DNA of 64,000 nt from a virus (Duplodnaviria > Caudoviricetes), in the IMG/VR virus record IMGVR_UViG_3300033073_001332, positions 155,554 through 219,553 of that record; one strand, 5' to 3'. The position numbers were made by a program, and so were the translations under genes. This document shows positions 42,542 to 52,412 of the stretch, piece after piece. Under the pieces are notes generated by a model, which was given only the letters and a program-made list of their open reading frames with translations, ran no database searches and was not told the origin of the DNA. Position 1 is the first letter of the stretch; the number at the start of each line of letters is the position of its first letter.

Positions 42542-43535
42542 GAAAAATTATTATGACATTTTAGGTGTTTCTGAGACCGCAACACAAGACGAAATCAAAA
42601 AAGCATATAGACAATTATCTAAACAATATCACCCAGATGTAAACCCTGAAGGTGAAGAAAAGTTCAAAGAGGTGTCTGAGGCTTATGAAAATATCGGGGA
42701 CGAAAACAAAAGACAAGATTATAACAATAGAAGAAATAACCCATTTGCTAATATGGGTGGTGGAGGATTTGACTTCTCGAGTGCCTTTGAAGAGATGATG
42801 GGTGGATACCGACAACAAAGACCAAGAAAGGCTCCCGATAAACTAATCAATATAGAAATATCGCCAACTGAATCTTATTTGGGTGTGAAAAAAGAAATCA
42901 AGTTTGATTATTTAGAGATGTGTAAACCTTGTAATGGTGAAGGTGGTGAAACATCCATTTGCAATACATGTAGAGGTGTCGGAATGATAACACAAAAAAT
43001 AGGTAATGGTATGTTTACTCAGTTACTCCAAAGTCAGTGCCCTTCATGTTTAGGTAAAGGTAAAATAATCACAAATGCTTGTAATCAATGTTATGGTCAG
43101 GGCTCCCTATTAAGAAATGAAACGTTAATGGTCACAATTCCTAAAAATGTCGACAACGGTAACTTTATGAGAATCCCATCCAAAGGAGACTTCAATCAAG
43201 GAATGAAATTGAGGGGTGATTTAATATTACAAGTAAAAGTTGGTGTTAAAGACAATTTTGAAAAAAATGGAGATGATTTAGTTTATTATTTGAAACTAAA
43301 CATTATTGACGTATTAGTTAAAAAACAAATAAAAATACCTCATCCTGAAGGTGAGTTATTAATTAATTTACCAAAATATATAAATTCTGATAAACCACTC
43401 AGATTAGTTAAAAAAGGATTTAGGGGTGATATGAATAGCGGAGATTTCTATGTAAAAATGACAATTACAAATGAGACCGAACTACCTGAAGAAACTCTTA
43501 ATAAGATAAAAGAATTAGTTGAACAAACTAACTAA
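42540..43535 (+). CDS. dnaJ: DnaJ co-chaperone (type I-like)
   Basis: J domain with HPD, four CxxCxGxG repeats, GDL C-terminal domains. Confidence 0.92.
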   Translation: MKNYYDILGVSETATQDEIKKAYRQLSKQYHPDVNPEGEEKFKEVSEAYENIGDENKRQDYNNRRNNPFANMGGGGFDFSSAFEEMMGGYRQQRPRKAPDKLINIEISPTESYLGVKKEIKFDYLEMCKPCNGEGGETSICNTCRGVGMITQKIGNGMFTQLLQSQCPSCLGKGKIITNACNQCYGQGSLLRNETLMVTIPKNVDNGNFMRIPSKGDFNQGMKLRGDLILQVKVGVKDNFEKNGDDLVYYLKLNIIDVLVKKQIKIPHPEGELLINLPKYINSDKPLRLVKKGFRGDMNSGDFYVKMTITNETELPEETLNKIKELVEQTN

Positions 43536-43673
43536 GTATCTAAAGATTTCAACGGTACCAATAAGACTTGATAATAGGATATATATACCCAAAACTATCA
43601 TTGCGTTTTGACCATTATTCAATCCCTTTTTACAAGTTTGACATCCTACTTCTGTTGCTTTTTCTTTTTCCAT
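43515..43673 (-). CDS. 52-aa CxxC + TM peptide (MEKEKATEVGCQTCKK...)
   Basis: Manual translation; minus-strand TATTTAT at 43704-43710. Confidence 0.55.
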   Translation of the reverse strand: MEKEKATEVGCQTCKKGLNNGQNAMIVLGIYILLSSLIGTVEIFRYLVSLFN

Positions 43674-43732
43674 GTTTATATTTTAATTAGTAATTTGTTG
43701 AAAATAAATATCAAAAAAACTATATTTGTACT

Positions 43733-44572
43733 ATGTTAAGTTATATTGGAGGAAAAAGTAAGATTGGAAAGTGGATTGTCCCTTTCTATGATAAAAATAT
43801 GGAGGTTTATTTAGAGACCTTTGGTGGTATGTTCTGGTGTTTTTACAACATGGACCTGAAACTATACCCCAACTTAAAGAAAGTCGTTTACAATGACTTT
43901 AATCCACTCAATTACAATTTGTTTCAGTGTGTTCAAAACCCAACCGAATTGTTAAGAGCAATTAACTCTATTGATTGTCAAAAACAAGGTATGGATATTA
44001 CCCCTGAGATATATAAAGAACAATTTGTAAGGTTTCAGGCTGATATTTTTAGTAAAGATTTCAGCGTACAGGCTTACGATTATGAAACCGCAGCTAAGTA
44101 TGTTTATGTTCTAACACAAGTATTCAGTGGGTCAAAACCTGAGACTTCAAATTTTATTGACCTTAAAGGGAAATATAAATCAAAATTTCTTACCTTTAGA
44201 GATAAGTTATCAAAACCTGATTGGGTTGACCATTTTCTTAAAATTACAGATGTTGAGAATATGGATTTTGCAGATGTAATTCAAAAGTATGACTCACCAT
44301 CTACATACATCTACTTGGACCCACCATATTGGAAAACTGAGAACTATTATAATAATCATGATTTTGATAGAGATGACCATGAACGTTTGGCAAAAACACT
44401 ACACAATATTCATGGTAAATTCTCGTTGTCTTACTATGATTTTGATTTACTTCACGAATGGTTTCCTGAAGACCGATACACTTGGGTGAAAAAAGAGTTT
44501 GCTAAAGCGGCATCTGCAAAGAAAGGAGAAAAACAAAATATGGGAGAAGAATTACTAATTATGAATTATTAA
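43733..44572 (+). CDS. D12-class (Dam-like) DNA adenine methyltransferase
   Basis: YIGGKS, ETFGG, VYNDFN, YLDPPY. Confidence 0.88.
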   Translation: MLSYIGGKSKIGKWIVPFYDKNMEVYLETFGGMFWCFYNMDLKLYPNLKKVVYNDFNPLNYNLFQCVQNPTELLRAINSIDCQKQGMDITPEIYKEQFVRFQADIFSKDFSVQAYDYETAAKYVYVLTQVFSGSKPETSNFIDLKGKYKSKFLTFRDKLSKPDWVDHFLKITDVENMDFADVIQKYDSPSTYIYLDPPYWKTENYYNNHDFDRDDHERLAKTLHNIHGKFSLSYYDFDLLHEWFPEDRYTWVKKEFAKAASAKKGEKQNMGEELLIMNY

Positions 44573-44621
44573 TCTTCGTTTTTGTAAATTTGTAATATTT
44601 ATATAAATAAAAAATATCAAA

Positions 44622-45974
44622 ATGGCTATTAGTTTCACTAACATCTTAAAAGACTTAATCGTTGAGAACTCAAGATTCCAAGTTCTTTTTGACAAATTCG
44701 TAAAACCAAAAGAAAAAGGTAAAAAAGGTATAATGCCTTTTGAGACTTTGTTTGCAATTATTGCTGCAGACCCTACATCTAAAATACCGGAAGGAATCGA
44801 TATAGATACCGCTAAACCTCAAGATATGGATAAGGTAAAGATTGGAAAATACACCCAATGGTTACTTAAAAACTTTGTGAGTCCAACTACTTTAGATGTG
44901 ACACCTGAATCTCCAAGATATGAGGGAGCATACAAACAATACCAAGAACTATTCTTGGAAGACCTTTATAAAGTTACAGGTGACCTTCAAAAGTTTGAAA
45001 GATTCAAAAATAGATTACCTCAAGAACTTAGAGATATCAATAAGTTAACACCTGAAGCACTTTACGATAATGTTAAAGATTTTAGCTTAGAAAAAACTAA
45101 AGCAACTGCAGCTGAAAAAAAAGAAGCGTCTAAAACATATCAACACCCTGGTGCTGATATTGTTTATCGTGGTCAAGATTGGACTATTGCTAGAATTTCT
45201 GATACAGGACAACTTGGTAAAGATGCCGCTTGTTTTTACGGAGGTTCTTATCAAGAACCACGTAAAGGTGAAACAAGATGGTGTACATCTTCACCTGGAC
45301 TTACTTGGTTTGATAGATACATCAAAGATGGACCTTTGTATGTTGTAATGCCAAACACAGGTAAAAAATTCCAAACAGATAAAGAATATGGTGAAGTTTC
45401 AGGACTTCCTGCTTATCGTTACCAATTCCACTTCCCATCTAACCAATTCATGGACCCAGATGATAGACAAATTGACTTAATTGACTTTTTGAATACAAAT
45501 GAAGAAGGAATGAAAGAATTTTTCAAATTTGAATTCATGAAAGGTTTGTCTAGTGGTGGTGGAACAAAAGTTTCTGTTAATTATCCAGGTGATTCAGCAT
45601 CTAAGTTCATTGCTCTTTACGGGTTTGATGAGTTCTTTGAAACTCTACCAAAAAACATCAACAGATTGGAATTCATTGCAAAATCACAAAACAACTTGAA
45701 TTTGAATATTCCGGCAACTATTGGTAACTTCCAAGACTTAACAGCACTACACCTTGTAGGATGTGTTGCAAGTTTACCTGATACTATTTGTAACTTGAAA
45801 AAACTTCAGTTCTTATCTTTACCTGATAATCCGAATATTCAAATGTTACCAAATTGTATCGCTGAAATGCCAAGACTATCTGTTGTTAACATGAAAGGAA
45901 GTAACAAAAATGCAATTCCTGATAGTTTGAAACAAAGGTTGGAAACTGATGACAATTTACACCTTTTTGAATAG
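44622..45974 (+). CDS. Protein with C-terminal leucine-rich repeats
   Basis: IPATIGNFQDLTALHL, LPDTICNLKKLQFLSL, LPNCIAEMPRLSVVNM; central TRWCTS..F..Y motif. Confidence 0.75.
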   Translation: MAISFTNILKDLIVENSRFQVLFDKFVKPKEKGKKGIMPFETLFAIIAADPTSKIPEGIDIDTAKPQDMDKVKIGKYTQWLLKNFVSPTTLDVTPESPRYEGAYKQYQELFLEDLYKVTGDLQKFERFKNRLPQELRDINKLTPEALYDNVKDFSLEKTKATAAEKKEASKTYQHPGADIVYRGQDWTIARISDTGQLGKDAACFYGGSYQEPRKGETRWCTSSPGLTWFDRYIKDGPLYVVMPNTGKKFQTDKEYGEVSGLPAYRYQFHFPSNQFMDPDDRQIDLIDFLNTNEEGMKEFFKFEFMKGLSSGGGTKVSVNYPGDSASKFIALYGFDEFFETLPKNINRLEFIAKSQNNLNLNIPATIGNFQDLTALHLVGCVASLPDTICNLKKLQFLSLPDNPNIQMLPNCIAEMPRLSVVNMKGSNKNAIPDSLKQRLETDDNLHLFE

Positions 45975-46005
45975 TATTTAATTTAATTTTCATTATCTTT
46001 GTCCT

Positions 46006-46293
46006 ATGGGAAATGTAGAGATAGAAATTTATATGACAAACTTCATGGGTTTTTTTAAGAAAAATCCTGACCAGTTACAAATTTTGATTGGTGATTTAGA
46101 TAGTGAAATATTCTATGATGAGATTAGAAATCTAGCTAAACAAAACCTTGAGTCAGAAAAGGAAGTTGCACCAACAAGACAACAAATGATTGACTTACTT
46201 GTATCTTTGAACTCAGAACGAAAAAAAGAAGAAATCAAAAAAGTAGTCACTCCATTCATGAACCATCACATGGGTCAAATCTCAATGAATTAG
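46006..46293 (+). CDS. Hypothetical protein
   Basis: 95 aa; TATCTTTG 4 nt before ATG. Confidence 0.6.
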   Translation: MGNVEIEIYMTNFMGFFKKNPDQLQILIGDLDSEIFYDEIRNLAKQNLESEKEVAPTRQQMIDLLVSLNSERKKEEIKKVVTPFMNHHMGQISMN

Positions 46294-46308
46294 TAAAAAA
46301 AACAATAG

Positions 46309-46336
46309 ACCCCCGGTTGATTAACTGGGGGTTTTT
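46309..46336 (+). terminator. Rho-independent terminator
   Basis: aCCCCCGGTT-gatt-AACTGGGGGttttt. Confidence 0.75.
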
Positions 46337-46350
46337 ATTATCTTTATTCT

Positions 46351-48096
46351 ATGTTACAAGTAGAAGGAAAAACATTTAAGAAACTTGTTGAAAAACGAGA
46401 ATATCACACACAAACTTACATGGATACTTGCCCCGTTAAAGAACAACGTGGGATTACTACCGCATGGTTAACAAAAAAAGGTGAAAAGTTTTATCCTGAA
46501 GATATTTCTTTGGATGAAGAAAGTTTTGTTAAACATTATGGTAATCCTTTAGCGTCAGTTAACTTTACAAGACGAAGAGTTTTTATTGAGGAAGGAGATG
46601 ATAAAATATCAATTAAATACCAACATTATCATTCATCAAGGAGAGTTGGAAGTAAGTTTTTTGTGATAAGAAAACTCACAAAATTCTTTACGTTTAGTTT
46701 CAAAACTAAAATGTTCTATTATGGAACATACACTGGTAAAAAGAAACAAAAAATGGGGTCATCTATGAAAGTTAACCCTAATTGGTATTCTGTAGTAAGT
46801 ATAATGGATGCTTTAAGAATCGATAAACAAATCGCCCCTGAAACTTATGTTTTTAGTTTTTTAGAAAGTATTTGGGATAGATTAGGTATTGTTGATTCAC
46901 AAAATTTTGAAACAAATTTACCTGAGTCTTTTTATAGTTTAACCTTATATCTTATAAATGGAGTTAAACTTCCCGATAGTTGGTTACAATTTACAGGTAC
47001 TTTCATTTCAAAAAAAGAATTGAGAAAGGCTAATTTCAATTTGGTGGATGCCTTTATGAATATGTACAACCTTAAAGGTTCAAAAATAAAAAAATTATTG
47101 AACCAACCTGAATGGGTTAATTTTGAAAGGGTAGTTTTGTTATATCATATGTTGGGCGTTGATAGAATAAATAGATTAGATGATTGCATTTTCAAGGAAA
47201 ACTATCATAGTTATGAACGATATGATAATTTAACCACTAAATACCACGAAGGAGAGAGAAGGGGAGGTCAATTTTGGCATGAACTACATCTTGAAACAAA
47301 AAAGCGTTATATTAATTTATTCAAAATACTATCAAATAAAGAAAAAGATAGGATTACAAATCTTAATTTTGATATAGACTTTGAAAGTCTCTCTACAATT
47401 ATTGACCATATAGAATTTAAACATAAATTAAAAAAGTATGGTGAGAATGTAAAAATGAAGTTTAACGACTTAATAGAACTAAGAACTGAACATGAAGAAT
47501 GGAGTAGACTAATTGATTCTTACAGAAAAGGTGAGATTGAAAGATACTACGGAGACGTTGATAGTTTAGAAACACCTATCGAACATGAAGGAGAAACTTA
47601 TTATCCGGTTCTTTTAAGAAAAACACATGATTACGAGAAAGAATCGCAACACCAAAGAAATTGTGTAAGAACTTACTCTGAAAGACCTGATTGTTTAATC
47701 TTTTCAATTCGCAAAGGTTCAGTTGACGGACAGGAAAGAATTACCGTTGAATACCAATATAGAAAAAATGAAATACTAAACGTCCAAGAAAGAGCAAGGT
47801 TTAATGAGAGACCAAGTCTAACATTTTCTGAAGTTGCAAACATTCAATTAGCAAATATTAACCTTTTATATAAACTTGGCACGTTAAAATTACCAAAGAT
47901 GATTAAAAAGTTTCGTAATGGTAAAGTAATTGAACAAAATGCTACATTTGAAATGGAAACGAACGTTGTAGGGACCAAAGTAATCCCTATGACTCCAAGA
48001 TGGGATACTTATACAGACGAATTTAATCATTATGATTATGAACAAGTACCAGTAAATCATTTAGAGTACGATAATTTATTAGATGAATTACCATAA
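46351..48096 (+). CDS. PcfJ-like domain protein
   Basis: ESQHQRNCVRTY...LIFSIR...TVE...Q..RFN. Confidence 0.7.
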   Translation: MLQVEGKTFKKLVEKREYHTQTYMDTCPVKEQRGITTAWLTKKGEKFYPEDISLDEESFVKHYGNPLASVNFTRRRVFIEEGDDKISIKYQHYHSSRRVGSKFFVIRKLTKFFTFSFKTKMFYYGTYTGKKKQKMGSSMKVNPNWYSVVSIMDALRIDKQIAPETYVFSFLESIWDRLGIVDSQNFETNLPESFYSLTLYLINGVKLPDSWLQFTGTFISKKELRKANFNLVDAFMNMYNLKGSKIKKLLNQPEWVNFERVVLLYHMLGVDRINRLDDCIFKENYHSYERYDNLTTKYHEGERRGGQFWHELHLETKKRYINLFKILSNKEKDRITNLNFDIDFESLSTIIDHIEFKHKLKKYGENVKMKFNDLIELRTEHEEWSRLIDSYRKGEIERYYGDVDSLETPIEHEGETYYPVLLRKTHDYEKESQHQRNCVRTYSERPDCLIFSIRKGSVDGQERITVEYQYRKNEILNVQERARFNERPSLTFSEVANIQLANINLLYKLGTLKLPKMIKKFRNGKVIEQNATFEMETNVVGTKVIPMTPRWDTYTDEFNHYDYEQVPVNHLEYDNLLDELP

Positions 48097-48105
48097 TTAT
48101 ATATA

Positions 48106-48447
48106 ATGGAAAAAGAACAAGAAATACCACAACATATTTTAGACTATTATAAATCCACAAATAATAGTGTGTTAAACCCAACTACCACAAGAACAAGAAA
48201 TGTTACAAAATTAGGTGTTGATACGTTAATTGAAAAAAATGGATTGGTGTGGTCATCATCCATTTTTGACGATGCTTATTATTATATGGAAGGACTTATA
48301 CGTTGGGGTAAAAATCCGGTATGGCTTTATTTTAATAAAATTGATAATGACTCTACTTATAAATTGTATATACTTACAGACAAAGACCAAAATTTAATGA
48401 TGTTAATAAATGGTCTAAATAAATATTTTACAATAGATAGATTATGA
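48106..48447 (+). CDS. Hypothetical protein
   Basis: 113-aa ORF. Confidence 0.55.
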   Translation: MEKEQEIPQHILDYYKSTNNSVLNPTTTRTRNVTKLGVDTLIEKNGLVWSSSIFDDAYYYMEGLIRWGKNPVWLYFNKIDNDSTYKLYILTDKDQNLMMLINGLNKYFTIDRL

Positions 48448-48731
48448 AAGTAGCGGTTGTCTACACGATGGAAGGGTGTCCATTCTGTCAACAAATTAAA
48501 GAAGAACTTAAAAAAAATAAATTACCTTTTGTTGAAAGAGATATTCACGAACACCAAGACGAATATGATGAGTTTGTTAGGGTAACTGAAAATGAATATG
48601 TTCCAGCAATGATGTTGTTAACATTAGATGAAGAAGAAAATGCATCAAATATAAAACTATTAGCCCCCGATAGAGATTATGAAGATATCTTCGAGGGCGT
48701 TGAAATGGTTAAAAAGTATTTCTTAAATTAG
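48444..48731 (+). CDS. Glutaredoxin-like protein
   Basis: VYTMEGCPFC, YVPAM cis-Pro motif. Confidence 0.85.
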   Translation: MKVAVVYTMEGCPFCQQIKEELKKNKLPFVERDIHEHQDEYDEFVRVTENEYVPAMMLLTLDEEENASNIKLLAPDRDYEDIFEGVEMVKKYFLN

Positions 48732-49601
48732 TAAAAAATCCCTGATATATTTAATCTCTTCTAATTGCTCACACTTACCTGTGATTATATAGTCCTGCAA
48801 ATCAACAAGATTCCCAAATACTGATTCAACTTCTTTATATTCAAAAGGGAATACATCCAATATTAAAGACTCCAACCATTTGGTCGGAACAATAAAATTG
48901 TCTCCATTAAGTGTTAAAAACATATCTTCGTTTTCAACATCTTGAGGTAATTTTATTGAATTCAAGTTGCAATTAAATTTTTTACCTAATGATGACTTAA
49001 AAATGTGATTTTTAATATTAATCATCAATAAGTCATATAATCTTAGATTAGGTGATAACCCGTAGATTCTATCTGATATAAAACATTCATTAGTCATGTC
49101 TACTTTTAGTAAAACAGAACCTTGAAATTTGTTTTCTAAAAGTGTTATTACTTGTGATATATTATCATTATCGCAGTCGTAATAAATAATACCCTCATCC
49201 TCAACGTATTTGAAATTGAATAATATATTTTTAGAAACAGAATCGTTTACAAAACTTTGTAATTCTTTTTGTTTAATATCATATAATTTGTTTGATGAAA
49301 TATTGGTATTAATAGGTTCAAAATCCATTGATTTATTATATGTGATTAAATCGAATACCCTCACATTATTTGATTTAGATGGGTAATGTTTTGAATAAAA
49401 GTTCATCAATAACTCAGATAAATCTATAGTTTTATCATAAGTTGTGGAACCTTTAACAATAAAAAAGTTCCTAACGTTATTAACTATTATTTCAGTTTTT
49501 GCGTCAGGAACTTCTGAGTGAATTTTGTTTACTATAAGATTTGCAAAAATATTACATACATTTTTACCATCAAGGTAGTTGTAAATTTCGTAGTAACTCA
49601 T
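48723..49601 (-). CDS. Degenerate S-adenosylmethionine synthetase (MetK)-like protein
   Basis: N-terminal pattern aligns by eye to MetK N-domain but lacks GHPDK; LILDVFPF resembles MetK C-terminus. Confidence 0.5.
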   Translation of the reverse strand: MSYYEIYNYLDGKNVCNIFANLIVNKIHSEVPDAKTEIIVNNVRNFFIVKGSTTYDKTIDLSELLMNFYSKHYPSKSNNVRVFDLITYNKSMDFEPINTNISSNKLYDIKQKELQSFVNDSVSKNILFNFKYVEDEGIIYYDCDNDNISQVITLLENKFQGSVLLKVDMTNECFISDRIYGLSPNLRLYDLLMINIKNHIFKSSLGKKFNCNLNSIKLPQDVENEDMFLTLNGDNFIVPTKWLESLILDVFPFEYKEVESVFGNLVDLQDYIITGKCEQLEEIKYIRDFLLI

Positions 49602-49672
49602 TTTATTATTTTAAGTGTTTATTTGACTAATTTTACTTAAAAAAAAACTTAGTCTAAACACTTAAATTAAAA

Positions 49673-49798
49673 TTACTTTTTGTTGTAATATTTCTGTACG
49701 ATTTTAGTAACCGCTTTTTTTACAGACTCATTAGTTTGTTGTTGTTGAGTTTGTACTGTTTGTTGTGTTGCTTGATTTTTTTTACATCCGCATCCCAT
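49673..49798 (-). CDS. 41-aa MGCGCKKNQ peptide
   Basis: Manual translation; not in ORF track. Confidence 0.6.
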   Translation of the reverse strand: MGCGCKKNQATQQTVQTQQQQTNESVKKAVTKIVQKYYNKK

Positions 49799-49810
49799 AA
49801 TTTCTATAAA

Positions 49811-49897
49811 TTATTTTTTATCTGACTCATTTTGTGGTTGTTGAGTTTCTGCTGCTGGTTGTTCTGATTGTTGATTTTTTTTACATCCGCATCCCAT
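49811..49897 (-). CDS. 28-aa MGCGCKKNQ peptide (paralogue)
   Basis: Manual translation; minus-strand TATTTATA at 49928-49935. Confidence 0.6.
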   Translation of the reverse strand: MGCGCKKNQQSEQPAAETQQPQNESDKK

Positions 49898-50001
49898 GAC
49901 TTTAAAGTTTTTAAGGTTTATTATATCTATAAATATTTTGTATTATATAATTTATATAGGTCAAAAGATAAATCAATTCTATTTTTAGATATTTATAACA
50001 T

Positions 50002-51183
50002 ATGTCAATAGAAAAAACCATAAAGAAGGTATTAAAAGAAGAATTGGAACAAATTGTTCGTATTGATGCTAGTGACTTCAAAGATTTACTTAATTATGTA
50101 AATGGTGATGTTGCAGCAATGATGAAATTACCTGATTACAGAAACAAACAAGTTGTTATAGTTGGAAACCTTGATTTGTCAGGTAATCAAAATATTAAAA
50201 ACTTGAATTTAATTTCCAAAATTGAAGGTAAACTAAATATTGCAAATTCAAGTGTTGATGTATTTGATGATGAAAAGGCTGATAGTGTTTATGATTATAA
50301 TAGTTTGAGATACCGAATTAAAAAACAAAGAGAGTTAGACAAAAAATACCAAGAGTTAAATGTTTTAAGGGCAAACAATGAATGGGATGTTCAAAATGGA
50401 GATGAAATTTCATACGAAACCGAAGCATTATTTGAATATATTGAAGACACCGAAGATTTGGTATCAGAAGATGAAGATAAATATTTCATCTACCCTATGA
50501 AATATTCACACTATGGAGGTAAAATGTACCAATGGTTAGGTGAAGATGGTTTTGAACAAGAATACGTGGTTTACGATAAAGATAATATTTACGATTCTTG
50601 TGTTGAGGCTATTGAATCAAGAATTGATGAATTAGGATATGATGCATTTAATAAATGGGTTTGGGAGGATAACTTAGACCGTGATGAGGTTTTACAATTT
50701 TTAAGGGAATATATCTATGATGTTGTTTATGATGCCCCTGAAGATTGGGGGATATCTAAAGTTTTAACCAACCAACAATATAAGTACATTGAAATTTACG
50801 AATCTAAAATTCAAAAATTAAATGAAAAACTAAAAACTGACACCAGTCTTACTGATGAACAGAAACAACAAATAGGAAGTGAAATTGTTGATGCTCAAGA
50901 CCTAATTGACGATATAAGAGAAAACCCGGAAGGTGACTACGACGAAGACCAAATAGAAGAAGCGATTGATAATTGGGCTGATGATAATGAAGATAACTTC
51001 ATCCAATTATATAAAGATATGGGAGGAGACCCAAAAAATATAGTTCATTATACGGACACTAAAGGTATAATTGATACTGTAATGAGTCAAGATGGTTATG
51101 GTACTATACTTGGTAGTTATGATGGTGAATACGAGGAAATTGATGTTGAAAACGAAACCTATATTGTATTTAGATACAACTAG
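50002..51183 (+). CDS. Acidic protein with leader motif and short LRR-like segment
   Basis: GNLDLSGNQNIKNLNLISKIEGKLNI; TATTTATA 4 nt before ATG. Confidence 0.6.
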   Translation: MSIEKTIKKVLKEELEQIVRIDASDFKDLLNYVNGDVAAMMKLPDYRNKQVVIVGNLDLSGNQNIKNLNLISKIEGKLNIANSSVDVFDDEKADSVYDYNSLRYRIKKQRELDKKYQELNVLRANNEWDVQNGDEISYETEALFEYIEDTEDLVSEDEDKYFIYPMKYSHYGGKMYQWLGEDGFEQEYVVYDKDNIYDSCVEAIESRIDELGYDAFNKWVWEDNLDRDEVLQFLREYIYDVVYDAPEDWGISKVLTNQQYKYIEIYESKIQKLNEKLKTDTSLTDEQKQQIGSEIVDAQDLIDDIRENPEGDYDEDQIEEAIDNWADDNEDNFIQLYKDMGGDPKNIVHYTDTKGIIDTVMSQDGYGTILGSYDGEYEEIDVENETYIVFRYN

Positions 51184-51224
51184 TTTATTTACAATTCCAA
51201 TATATTTGAATACATTTATTATTA

Positions 51225-51977
51225 ATGGAAACAAACTGGGTATTTCAAGAACCTATTGATTTTGAACACAAACAATACGTTATTTTAGATTATCTACAAA
51301 AAGTAGATAAACAACTAAATTCGTTGAAATTATACCCAAATTTTCAACAGATTTCTTTTCATTTAGCAAATATCAATTTGATTATCGAAAAGGGTCAATT
51401 TTTGACTTTGAATCGTAATTTAAAGGACCCTGATGACGAGATATTAATTTCTGATTTGGTGGCTAACAACGTCCCACTCTTTACAAAAGAAGAGATTGGA
51501 GAAATATATAGTAGTTGTATTTTTTCATCTGAAAAACTAAAAGATTACTTCAACCAAGCCAAGGCGATATGGGAAGTTGCTAGTGACACCATATCAATCG
51601 AAGCAATACAAAATCAAAAAAACATTGAATCAAAACAAGGTTTATTTTTCATCAAAGATGGTGATTTAACCAACCTTTATGAGTTTGTTATCAAACCAAT
51701 TAAAAGAGGCGCTACCGAAACTAAATGTACAATTAAAAAAGTTTGTACTTGTGAAAACGAAAACTTTGAAGAGGGTATCAAAAATGTTAAAACACCACTT
51801 ATTAAAAATCTAAAAGACCCCGAAGTTTATAAAAATTTGATATTGTTCAGGGTATACCATACAAATCAATTTCCCTTCAAAGAAACAATTCTACCTATAA
51901 CTAAAAGAAAAGTGATGAATTATATGATTCAATCTAAATTTATTTCAAAAAAGAATTTGACAAAGAAAACAACATAA
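51225..51977 (+). CDS. Hypothetical protein
   Basis: 250-aa ORF. Confidence 0.6.
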   Translation: METNWVFQEPIDFEHKQYVILDYLQKVDKQLNSLKLYPNFQQISFHLANINLIIEKGQFLTLNRNLKDPDDEILISDLVANNVPLFTKEEIGEIYSSCIFSSEKLKDYFNQAKAIWEVASDTISIEAIQNQKNIESKQGLFFIKDGDLTNLYEFVIKPIKRGATETKCTIKKVCTCENENFEEGIKNVKTPLIKNLKDPEVYKNLILFRVYHTNQFPFKETILPITKRKVMNYMIQSKFISKKNLTKKTT

Positions 51978-51991
51978 TTTATATTTTAAAC

Positions 51992-52243
51992 ATGGAAGTA
52001 GGATTATACCAAGTAATAGCAGAATTATCAAAACAATACCCAAATGATATGGAGTTTGGGTCAAAAACAAGACAAATACTTAAAGAAGTAAGTGGTGAAA
52101 TGGAACATAACTTATTGAGTAAAGTAATTGGAAAAATCGAATCTGAATTAGAAAATGAAAAACTAAAACCAGAAGAAGATGATTTAGAAAAATTAGAAAG
52201 TTTTTTAAATAATATCAAAACAAATCAAAATGGGGTTCAATAA
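51992..52243 (+). CDS. Hypothetical protein
   Basis: 83 aa; TTGAC-N18-TATATT upstream. Confidence 0.55.
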   Translation: MEVGLYQVIAELSKQYPNDMEFGSKTRQILKEVSGEMEHNLLSKVIGKIESELENEKLKPEEDDLEKLESFLNNIKTNQNGVQ

Positions 52244-52412
52244 GAGAGTTATCAGTAAAGAACACATTTTAAGAAATCTACATCACATAATGGACTATCT
52301 CGACGCCGACGCGGTATTTACAACCGACGAGTTTTCTCGTGCGGTGTATCGTCTTTTTAATAGTGGTGAATCAAAAGAAACAATAATCAATTATATAAAT
52401 CAAAACAAATGA
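52230..52412 (+). CDS. Hypothetical protein
   Basis: 60-aa coupled ORF. Confidence 0.55.
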   Translation: MGFNKRVISKEHILRNLHHIMDYLDADAVFTTDEFSRAVYRLFNSGESKETIINYINQNK

